From NCBI RefSeq assembly GCF_006345805.1, contig NC_043015.1:12152001-12216000 (forward strand): 64,000 nucleotides of DNA, given 5' to 3'. Positions 53,141 through 64,000 of the stretch are shown here, piece by piece. The first letter of the stretch is position 1; each line of letters opens with the position of its first letter. The DNA comes from Octopus sinensis. Lineage: Eukaryota. The notes below the pieces were generated by a model. The model made no database searches, was not told the origin of the DNA, and worked only from the letters and a program-made list of their open reading frames with translations. The translations under genes were made by a program, and so were the position numbers.

Positions 53141-53824
53141 AAAGAATGTTCATGTATGCTAGCAACAGGTGTAGTTGTTAAGACTATTTCACATGGTGCA
53201 GTCATAGAATAGTTCTAATTCCTTTTCACTTCTTGGTAATCAAAACAATGAAGCTGTATTAAGCTATTATACAAATTATGTACGTTACTGTGTGTAACAT
53301 AACTTGAGTGAATATAAAGTGTATAATAGTGATAGTGAGTGTAGTTGGGGTAAGTGAGACAAATATTTTGTTGACACAACTTATATATTGCTATGTTATT
53401 GTGTTATAATGAGGGTGCCACTATGTGGTGAGTCAAGCTGCTAGAAATAACAAGTGAAAGACACATTACACAAGATTCAGCTTATTAATAACTTAGAGGC
53501 ATTCCATGTGTATGTGTGTACATATACATGTATATACACATACACATGTATGTGTATGTATATATATATATATATAAAATTATAATTTAGGGTATCTAAG
53601 AGATACCACCACGCTGAAAATAGCAGTCAAAACTTGACTCTAAAACCACATTAAATGTTCATATAGTATATGCATATAAAAATAATTATTACCTTCGAAA
53701 GGTCTTTATTCCCATGCAGGCCACCTGATAAGATTGGTATTTAAATATCAATCTTATCCTTATTTATATAAATTTATATATATATATATACATACAGATG
53801 TCTTTGTGTGTCACCATCAGTGGC

Positions 53825-54010
53825 AATGACCATGGTTCACTTAGCATGATGTCTTCTCAAGCACAGTAAATTACCAGAAGTCTCAGTCACTTGTCATTGC
53901 CTCCATAAGGCTCAACTGAAGATCATATTTCACCACCTCGTCCAAAGTCTTCCTGGGTCTATTGCTTCCACAGGCTCCCTCCGTAATTGGACATCAGCAC
54001 TTATGCAGTT
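53825..54010 (-). mobile_element. RTE C-terminal fragment, inverted relative to 54612-55059
   Basis: Minus strand reads EGACGSNRPRKTLDEVV. Confidence 0.65.
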
Positions 54011-54304
54011 GTCCCCATCCATACACATATATAACCATATATATATATATTGTAAGCAGTTTCAGAAACAAAAGTGCAAGTATTCAATTTGTTGTGTAGG
54101 GTTGAATTTTAATTATAAAACAGTTGACAAGAATGATGATGATAATGATGACAGTGATGACGATGATGATGAAGGCCATGACTAAATTATTGCAAAACAG
54201 AGCATTCTTCAGATGAATGAAACTAAAATTTCATCCATCTCAAGGCATGCTCTATTTACCATGAAACTGAGTCATAGAACAGTAGTAATATTTATCTACA
54301 ACAC

Positions 54305-54355
<51 letters not shown>

Positions 54356-54554
54356 ACTCTCCTGTTGAAGATGATGTATGTGTGTTCAGCTTTTGCCAAA
54401 TGACTTGCACAAATAATTTGGTTATAGAAATCAAATGTATATGCCATACATTAACTCACTCTTTCCATCAAATATTAGAGAAATAGTTTTCACAGATGGA
54501 TGCCTTCTTAAAGTCAACTATGAAGTAGAAAAACTTGATACACACACACACACA

Positions 54555-54592
<38 letters not shown>

Positions 54593-54611
54593 CTTTATAC
54601 ACACACACCTC

Positions 54612-55525
54612 TTGCTCAGAGTAAAAGGTAGACTGTATGACACGTGTATGAACAGCCATGCTACATGGCAGTGAAACATGGTCCTTGACTGCTGAGGACA
54701 TGCGTAAACTTGCAAGGAATGGAGCCAGTATGCTTCGCTGGATGTGTAATGTCAGTGTGCATACATGACAGAGTGTAAGTGCCCTGAGAGAAAAGTTGGA
54801 CTTAAGAAGCATCAGATGTGGTGTGCAAGAGAGACGACTGCACTGGTATGGTCATGTGTTGCAAATGGATGAGGACAGCTGTGTGAAAAAGTGTCACACC
54901 CTAGCAGTTGAGGGAACCTGTGGAAGAGGTAGACCCAGGAAGACCTGGGATGAGGTGGTGAAGCACGATGTTCAAACACTGGGCCTCACCGAGGCAATGA
55001 CTAGTGACCAAGACCTTTGGAGATATGCTGTGCTTGAAAAGACCTGGCAAGCCAAGTGAGATCATAACCTGTGGCCTATGCCGGTGCTGTATCACCAGCC
55101 CACTTATGAGTACCCTTCATTCATTGGACAATAAACTTTGCTTGCGAAGACTTGTTGAGGTAAGTGAAATCAAAATTGCTGACGTGGCCAATGACAGTGC
55201 CGCCTGACTGGCTCCCATGCTGGTCGCACGTGATTGTTGCCAGCATTGATTCACTGACACACATGCTGGTGGCACTTGGAAAACAACATTTGAGCGTGGT
55301 CATTGTCAGTGCCACTGAACTGGCTTTTGTGCCAGTGGCACATAAAAGTACCCACTACACTCTCGGAGTGTTTGGCGTTAGGAAAGGCATCCAGCTGTAA
55401 AAACTTTGCCAGATCAGATTGGAGCCTGGTGCAGCCTTCTGGCTTGCCAGACCTCAGTCAAATCGTCCAACCCATGCCAGCATGGAAAGCGGACATTAAA
55501 CAACAACGATGATGATGATGATGAT
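54612..55525 (+). mobile_element. RTE LINE 3' end (RT C-terminus, 3'UTR, (GAT)n tail)
   Basis: RVKGRLYD..AMLHGSETW..LRWMC..ERRLHWYGHV..GRGRPRKTWDEVV..LWR; stop at 55059; 3'UTR ends AACGATGATGAT. Confidence 0.9.
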
Positions 55526-56231
55526 ATATATATATATATTCAAGCACAATTTTATATTTGGCTTATGATCACTATGGCTTTGGAGCAAAAACTGAACTTA
55601 TAATTATATCTTCAGTAGTCCAGCTCATTACTCTCCTCACAACCACTATACACAAGGTAAATACACAGAAACTCCCTTGTTAAAGCAAGGGGTTTTCCTT
55701 GCAGTTGCTTGATCTTCTAGAAATAACAGTTAAGTTTCCCTCACTTCACAGCCTACAATTACAAAAAAGGAAGGACATCCTGAAGATTATGGTCCTAAAT
55801 GTACTCCGCTTGAAAATCAGATAAACGGTTTCTATAGTGTTCTGGTTAACCAAAGCAGACCTGGACCAAACAATGTGATACACACCTGAGAAATTACTCA
55901 GCCACTTATATGTTAAACAGGAATTCAGCTGCTCAAATAACTGAATGTTCATGAATTTATCATCCAATGTCCTTCCTTTAGTTAAGATTAAATACTTAGG
56001 TATGAAGGAAATTTAAGTGTTATTTCTATCACTGGCTCTAAGAAAACTTAGCAGTTAGAGAAAGTGGGTTTCTCAAGCAGTCACCCATCCAAGTACAAAT
56101 CAAGCCTGATATTACTAAACTTTGATTAGACAAATACTTGTGTTTTCAGCACAACTTGACCAAGTAGGTCAATGAATGAAACTTTGATAACCAATCAAAT
56201 GGACTTTGTTGCATATGACCTATGACACTTA

Positions 56232-56640
56232 CTCTTTTACTCTTTTACTTGTTTCAGTCATTTGACTGCGGCCATGCTGGAGCACCGCCTTTAGTCAAGC
56301 AAATCGACCCCGGGACTTATTCTTTGTAAGCCTAGTACTTATTCTATCGGTCTGTTTTGCCGAACCGCTAAGTGGTGGGGACGTAAACACACCAGCATCG
56401 GTTGTCAAGCAATGCTAGGGGGACAAACACAAGCACACAAACATATACACACACACTTATATATATATATATATACATATATACAACAGGCTTCTTTCAG
56501 TTTCCGTCTACCAAATTCACTCACAAGGCATTGGTCGGCCCGGGGCTATAGCAGATTGCCCAAGATGCCACGCAGTGGGACTGAACCCGGAACCATGTGG
56601 TTGGTTAGCAAGCTACTTACCACACAGCCACTCCTGCGCT
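56232..56640 (-). mobile_element. SINE family B
   Basis: Full element on the minus strand. Confidence 0.9.
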
Positions 56641-57169
56641 TGTGTATGATCTATGAAACAGAACTAAAATGAAGGGTCTTTTAGCCATGATCATTTTGTT
56701 GTGCTTTCAGGCATTGTATATCATAGCCTACATAAACCAATGTGTTATTTTCTTAGATGGTAGGTGATAAGTCGAAAGACATTCAGCTTTTATTTTCAGT
56801 AAGACTAGAAATTGTGTGAAGATTCTCTAGGTATACAGCAGCAAATGTGAATGGAACTCGACTCGGCCTTCATTCAGTATAACAATGCTAAAACTAATAA
56901 GGCTTACAGAGAGGTAAAAATGGTAGAACACAACACAAAATGCAATCTAGTATTTAGTTATGTACCTTTGTGCTCTCAGTTCAAATCCTGCCAAGGTTGA
57001 TAAAAGAAAACACCAGTGCCTATGCTTCACCTTAGCAACAAGTGAACTCATGCCACAAATGTGAAAAATCAATATTATGTACTGATGTTATTGATTGATG
57101 ATAAATAATCAAACATTTTGAAATTGATTATATCTGGAGACATAAAAGAGTATAGGTGGGTAAAGATGA

Positions 57170-57211
<42 letters not shown>

Positions 57212-58120
57212 AGCAATGTGTGTAAATGCCGGAAATGGTCAAATCCTATGAAGTAGACACACGATCAAAGATGTGACAGAAACCTACAGATCTCTCAACA
57301 GATAATTTGGTACTCTGTCCATTCAGCCAAAGTATGCACCCCCACCCCACACACACACACAACCACCATCATTATTATCATATATATATAATAATGAAAT
57401 TGTTGTATACAGTGCTCATGTACTTTTCCCCAGCTTTTATGGTGAGGCCGTATTCTATAGTCAGATGTCCTTCCAGCAACCGATTTTTGTTTTTCAAGTA
57501 AGATGCTTTATTTCAAATTGAACTGCTCTTCAGGAAGTTTTGTGTGAGACAAGTGAACAATGTTGCCACTGAAGCAGTCTCATATGAAGATACAAAAATA
57601 CAAACACACACACACACACTCATATATGTATACATGAAAGTAAATATATAAACAAGCACACATTTGTGACGGGCTTCTGTACAGTTCCATCTTCACTCAC
57701 AAGGTATTGATCAACTTGAGGCATTCTATAGAATATGTAGAGATAGCCTTAGCAAGTGATGTAAAGTGCACTGCTAACACCGCAGAACATAGTATTGACT
57801 TATAAAACGTTTGATATACTTAATAGTATATTATGGTTGCATAACGAACTACCGCGTCCCTACAAGTTAATGAATGAACCTTAATGTGTCACTCGTCTCA
57901 GAAGAAATAGCAGCTAAGACTTCAAAGGACTGATCTGAGATCAAACCACTGGCTACCTGCGTGTCATCATTCTTCAGTTCTCTATGACTCAGACACTATA
58001 ATTCAATTATTCTGTTACATTGAACTGCACAGCACTTATTAAACGATGTACACAAACACTAATGCATTTCAAACATACTGATATATCTTATTCAATAAAA
58101 CTTTACACAAAAACATATTC

Positions 58121-58555
58121 ATTGTGGTAAGTAGCTTGCTTACGAACCACATGGTTCCGGGTTCAGTCCCACTACGTGACACCTTGGGAAAGGGTCTTCT
58201 ACTATATCCTCGGGCCGACCAAAACCTTGTGAGTGGATTTGGTAGACGGAAACTGAAAGACCGTTGTATATGTATGTGTGTGTATGTATGTATGTATGTA
58301 TTAAGTATATATGTATGTGTGTGTGTGTATGTTTTTGTGTGTCTGTGTTTGTGTGTCCCCCTCCCCCAAACATCGCTTGACAACCGATGCTGATGTGTTT
58401 ACGTCCCCGTAACTTAGCGGTTCGGCAAAAGAGACCGATAGAATAAGTACGAAGCTTACAAAGAATAAGTCCTGGAGTCGATTTGCTCGACTAAAGGCGG
58501 TGCTCCAGCATGGCCACAGTCAGATGACTGAAACGAGTAAAAAAGTAAAGAGTAA
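58121..58555 (+). mobile_element. SINE family B
   Basis: Head, (TATG)/(TG) core, tail. Confidence 0.9.
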
Positions 58556-59387
58556 TTGAAAACGAGGGGGAAGTAACTCGCACCCATATAAATAGATAGT
58601 TAAATCTTCGATTGTAATTACATTCCTATTTAATGTTATTATTCCGTAAAATGCATTTTATTTAAACATGAGTTGTCACATGAATTTCACGTGCATCTGG
58701 ATAGACGGGCGGACCAACAAATAGTCTGGCATTCTAACAAGTCCGCCAATTCACACACACACGCTTCCAAATTTATTCCAGGAACTGGATTCGAAATTGT
58801 CGGAAATACTGAGAGAGATCTTATATCGCCTGGCTACTCTAGAAAAGAAAACCGATTTCATTCGTGAAAGACAGTTTGATAATCATGGATTCTAGCACCA
58901 GTATAATTATAATCGATGTCCTTTATATTTAATATCCATTATTTGTATACATATTATGCTCCAAGAATTCCTGTGTATCAATACGAAAAATAAAAAAGAA
59001 ATGTACGCAGGTACAGGTGTGGCTGTGTGGTTAGAAATTTGCTGCCCAAACACATGGTTCCGGGTTCAGTCTTACAGTGTAGCATCATGGAGCCGTGAGT
59101 GAATTTGGTAGAATGAAAATGAAAGAACCCCGTCGTGTGTGTGTGTTTGTTTACGTCCCCCACATGTTGATTTGTTGACGACCTCGTAACTTAGAGATTT
59201 GGCAAAAGAGACAATAGAATAAGTACCAAACTTTAAAAAATAAATGAATAAATAAGTCTTGAAGTCGGCTTGTTCTTTCGACTAAAATACTTCAAAGCAG
59301 TGGCCTAGCATGGCCGCAGTCCAATGACTGAAACAAATAGAAGATAATAAATAATATAATAAAATTTGCAGCACGACCCCATCTCTG

Positions 59388-59840
59388 GGATCTTTTCCTT
59401 TTGAACGGCAGATGTCAACACAATTTCTAGTTAACTAAACACTTTTAAACTTCGTATACTGGTAGAATGTGTTTATAAAACATCATCTTTTCTTGGCTTT
59501 ATTGAGAAAATTCTATAGTTTGTAAGATATTTCGTCTGAAAATCCGAGCATTTCGGCAATTTTAACTGATCGATTACCTCCATTCAACTAAAATCATTTG
59601 CTGCGTCTAAAACTGAGACAACATCCTGTAACTAACCCTAAACCTCCCCCTAACCCTAATTTTTTTTTTCTTAATTGTTAAATTAATTTAATTGTTACGC
59701 GTGTAAAACAAACAAATTACAATTTTCTCAAGAAAGCCAAGAGAAAAAAAATGTTTTATTTTGACACATTCTACCAGTATACGAAGTTTTAAAGTGTTTA
59801 GTTAACTAGAAATTGTCTGCCGTTCAAAAGGAAAAGATCC
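59388..59840. mobile_element. Long-TIR MITE (Merlin-like), copy 2
   Basis: Perfect 8 bp TSD CATCTCTG at 59380-59387 and 59841-59848; GG termini; TIRs of about 100 bp. Confidence 0.9.
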
Positions 59841-61024
59841 CATCTCTGTTTCCTTGACGTGCATACGAAATCAAATTAGCCTTAGCACACTGTATTTGAA
59901 TTTCGTGGAAATACTGACCCGTTGTTTAGTTAGCCAAACTTTCACTTAGTCTACATTTCATGGAAACATCAAACGGTAAGTTAGAATACCAACATGTATT
60001 GCTACTTAATACATGGTAATGTTACTTAATTTTAAGTAGCAATGCATGTAAGTTCATGTAAAAATTGTCTACACGCAGACACATGTATGTATATACATGT
60101 GTGTGTTGGGGGTGGGTAGATAAATAGGGATAGGTATATGTATGTGTCTCTTTTATTTTTTACTTGTTTCGGTCATTTTTTTGCTGTGGCCATGCTAGGG
60201 CAACTGAACAATTCAATCCCAAGACTTATTTTTTAAAGCCTGGTAATTATTCTATCGATCTCTCAGGTGAACTGCTAAGTAACGGACGTAAGCACACCAA
60301 CAGGTGTTGTCAAGCGGTGGTGGAGGACAAACACAGACACAAAGTCACGCACAGAAATGTGATACAGTTGTGTGTGTGTCGGGCTTCTTTTAGTTTCCGC
60401 CTACCAAATCCACTCGCAAGGCTTCTGTCAGCTATGGGCTTTAGTACAAAACACAAGCCCGAGGTGCCACGACTGCGTCTTAGAATAACAACCAAATCTC
60501 GTGTAGTTTATTATCTATTAAATGATAAGGAAGAATAAATATTATTAACCCCTTTCAGTACAGAAGAAAAAGGGACATGTCACTTGACCATGTTTGGGAC
60601 TCTCTCAACTTCAGCAACAACAACAATGATGGCTAATTTGTTTTTCTTACTTCTAAAGATGATGCAAGAGTACAAAATGATGATGCAATACTTGGAATGT
60701 AATGATATCAAACAGGTAGGAAGAAAATAACGAGAAATCAGATATTACTTATTTTGCACACACACACCCTCTATACTACATTCGAGTACTCGTTTTATGC
60801 ACGTTGTTTTTGCATTCGTGTGCCTACTTGCGGCGGTGGAGGGGGTGCAATTACTTCGGTATTGGTAGACAACGTCATTCATCACACAACGTTCCCTCGT
60901 GACGTGGAGAGGGTAAGAGGATAAACTGAAAAAAGAGAATGAATGACATCGTCTAACTAATACCGAAAGTTTGCCGTGTGTGTGTGTGTGTGTAAAGAAA
61001 TGATTGAATGAATGTTCTTTTCTA

Positions 61025-61597
61025 CTCTAGGCACAAGGCCCGAAACTTTTAGAGAGTGGGGGGGGTAAGTCGATTAGATGGACCTCAGTACGCAACTGGT
61101 ACTTAATTCATCAATCCCGAAAGGATGAAAGACAAAGTCAACCTCAGCAGAATTTGAACTCAGAACGTAAAACCTATTTCTTTATTACAGACGAAATACC
61201 TATTTCTTTACAACCCACAAGGAGCTAAACACAGAGAGGACAAACAAGGACAGACAAACGGATAAAGTCGATTATATCGACCCCAGTGCGTAACTGGTAC
61301 TTAATTTATCGACCCTAAGAGGATGAGAGGTAAAGTCGACCTCGGAGGAATTTAAACTCTGAACATAAAACCGAAATACCTATTTCTTTACTACCCACAA
61401 GGAGCTAAACACAGAGGGGACAAACAAGTATAGACAAACGGATTGAGTCGATTATATCGACCCCAGTGCGTCACTGGTACTTAATTTATCGACCCCGAAA
61501 GGATGAAAGGCAAAGTCGACCTCGGCGGAATTTGAACTTAGAACGTAAAGACAGACGAAATACCGCTAAGCATTCTGCCCGGCGTGCTCGCCGCCTT
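61025..61597 (-). mobile_element. SINE family A trimer
   Basis: Three bodies joined by the CCCACAAGG spacer. Confidence 0.85.
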
Positions 61598-62667
61598 AAG
61601 GAAAAGATTGAATAAATATCGTAAGCCTAGACATATTTCTAAAAATGTATGTGGTGGTCACAACTGGAACAGCTTTGATTAGAGGCCTGCTTAATCAAGG
61701 TTGACCCGGGCCAAAAGTGGCAAAATCGTTACAGCGTCGGGAAAAATGCTTCGAGATATTTGTTCCGGCTGTTAACATTCTGAGTTCAAATCCCGCTGGG
61801 ATCAATTTCGCCTTTTATCTCTCTGGGGGTCGATAAAATAAAGTCCCAGTTAAGTACTAGAATCGATGGCATCGACTAATCCATACCCACCCCCTCTTAG
61901 GATTGTTGACCTTGTGCCTAAATAAATGGATTTGAAATTAAAATTTTGAATTGTACGAACTTTCGGAGTGGGAGAAAGTGAAAGGAAGAATGATTTAAGG
62001 AGTATAAAACACGTCAGCATAGAAGAAATAGGAGGAAGATAAAGTGAAGGAGTGAGAGGGGGAGTACACAGATGAAAAGAGTGAGAGTGAAAGAGGGGAA
62101 AGGTAGAGTAAAACTATGTGACAGAGATAGAAACACTTAAAAGAGGAAATGTGAGAGGTGAAGAGGAGGAGTGACAGCTATAAAATAAACAAAGGTGGAG
62201 GAGACATAGATGATAAGAGAGGGTGAGACAGATAAAGTAAAGAGAGAAAGAGGTGGAGGAGGAGATGACAGCTATAATGTAATAGAAAAAGAGGAGGTGA
62301 GGTGCGCCTGTATGGTCGCCTGAGATTCTAACAATAGCAGCCAAATCTCCGTCAAGTTACCCCCTACAGCCCTAAAATAATGTCGGATGTGACTGAAAAA
62401 ACAAAAAGGATTATCATGGTTGGAATGTCTCTCGTCATAATAGATCTTTTAATTGAATGAGAGATAGCTGCAATGAAAGAGAGAGAAAGATAACTCTTAC
62501 AAAACTCGAAGACAGTAAAATAGAATGAGAGAAAGAAAGAGAGAGCTAAAACGAAACGGAGACACTGCTTTTATGAAACAGCGAAGAACTTGCAAGCCAT
62601 TCAGTCCAGTGTTCTCTTGATTCCACCACTTATCTTCCCACACCATAATCTATATTAAATATCTTTA

Positions 62668-62890
62668 GGCGGCGAGCTGGCAGAAACGTTAGCACGCCGG
62701 GCGAAATGCGTAGCCGTATTTCGTCTGTCGTTACGGTCTGAGTTCAAATTCCGCCGAGGTCGACTTTACCTTTCATCCTTTCGGGGTCGATAAATAAAGT
62801 ACCAGTTTCGCACAGGGATCGATGTAATCGACTTTATCCGTTTGTCCTTGTTTTTCCGCTCTATGTTTAGCCTCTTGTGGGCAGTAAAGA
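62668..62890 (+). mobile_element. SINE family A
   Basis: Near-consensus head and body. Confidence 0.9.
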
Positions 62891-62944
62891 AATATATATT
62901 AAATATCTTAGCATACAGACCGAAAAATACACATATTCTTTTCT

Positions 62945-63324
62945 ACTCTAGGCACAAGGCCCGAAATTTTTTTTGGGGGGGGGGGGGTCAGTCGATTAGA
63001 TTAACCCCAGAATGCAACTGGTACTTACTTTATCGACCCTAAGAGGATGAGAGGTAAAGTCGACCTCGGAGGAATTTGAACTCTGAACATAAAAACAAAC
63101 GAAATACCTATTTCTTTACTACCCACAAGGGGGCTAAACATAGAGGGGACAAACAAGGACAGACAAACGGATTAAGTCGATTACATCGACCCCAGTGCGT
63201 AACTGGTACTTAATTTATCGACCCCGAAAGGATGAAAGACAAAGTCGACCTCGGCGGAAACGGCAGACGAAATACGGCAACACATTTCGCCCGGCGTGCT
63301 AACGATTCTGCCAGCTCGCCGCCT
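62945..63324 (-). mobile_element. SINE family A dimer
   Basis: Two bodies plus spacer, convergent with 62668-62890. Confidence 0.85.
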
Positions 63325-64000
63325 TAACATACGCATATATTAAAAGAGGAAAGTTGATGTTTTCTTGCACTCTCTTTGAAGGATTTTCACCTCCGTACAT
63401 CGTCCCATTGTAGCTCTCTCTCTCTGTTTTGTTATAGCTGTTTCTCTTCTGTTTTATTACAGCTATCTCTCTGTCGGTTTCAAATTGCGTGTGAACCAAC
63501 TTTTAATTTGAATTGTCTTCATCTTTCACACATCTAAGGATGGAAGGCAAAAAGTACCGGTAATCTGATGAATCTACACATAGCCATGCAGTGGAGTTCA
63601 CTGTGCAATCCTGAGGTTCAAGTTTCAAACCCACTGCACAGTACCTTAGGCAAACACCTTCTACCATGACCTCAGACCAACCCAAGCTCTGACAGTAAAA
63701 ATCAGGAAGATAAAAACAGTACAAAACAGCATCAGGAGCACTGTACCTGTTTTGGGATGATAGATTTAGTCTGTCATCTGAGTTAACACCACCACTTGGG
63801 ACACCCTGTTGCAAAAATTCAGACCAGGTCTGAGCTCTATGAATAACTCTTCTTCTCCATGCTAGTTCTCAGTGTCCTGTAAAAAGACACTGTTCTTCCT
63901 CCTCTGATTAAACCATAATAATTCTTTCTTCTATAGTGACAAGGCCTGAAAATTTGGGGGAGAGGGCTAGTCAATTACATTAACCCCATTGCTACTTATT

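Noticed and set aside
63463-63559. Apparent exon with ATG (MEGKKYR) and GTAATC donor
   Set aside because: AAGGATGGAAGGCAAA matches a decayed SINE A body; no other support

Overview
AT-rich, microsatellite-dense animal genomic DNA that looks like coleoid cephalopod, most likely Octopus. This is inferred from the SINE, RTE and microsatellite content and was not checked by search. No complete protein-coding gene is recognisable, and almost all ORFs in the supplied track come from microsatellites or repeats. The window is mainly a transposon graveyard: three tRNA-headed SINE families, RTE, CR1/L2 and RLE (HERO-like) LINE remnants, four mariner remnants (one near full length, inserted in a hAT-like transposase), piggyBac-type and Merlin-like MITEs, and a non-autonomous Helitron. 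A compact housekeeping-type promoter motif cluster (ZNF143, YY1, ETS, NRF1) lies at about 15.9-16.0 kb. The most interesting signal is five minimal hammerhead-ribozyme motifs with palindromic stem III (Penelope type) in short ORF-less elements. Two of them lie in long foldback palindromes and one lies in a tRNA-headed SINE. Repeat boundaries are read by eye and are approximate unless a TSD or TIR is quoted.
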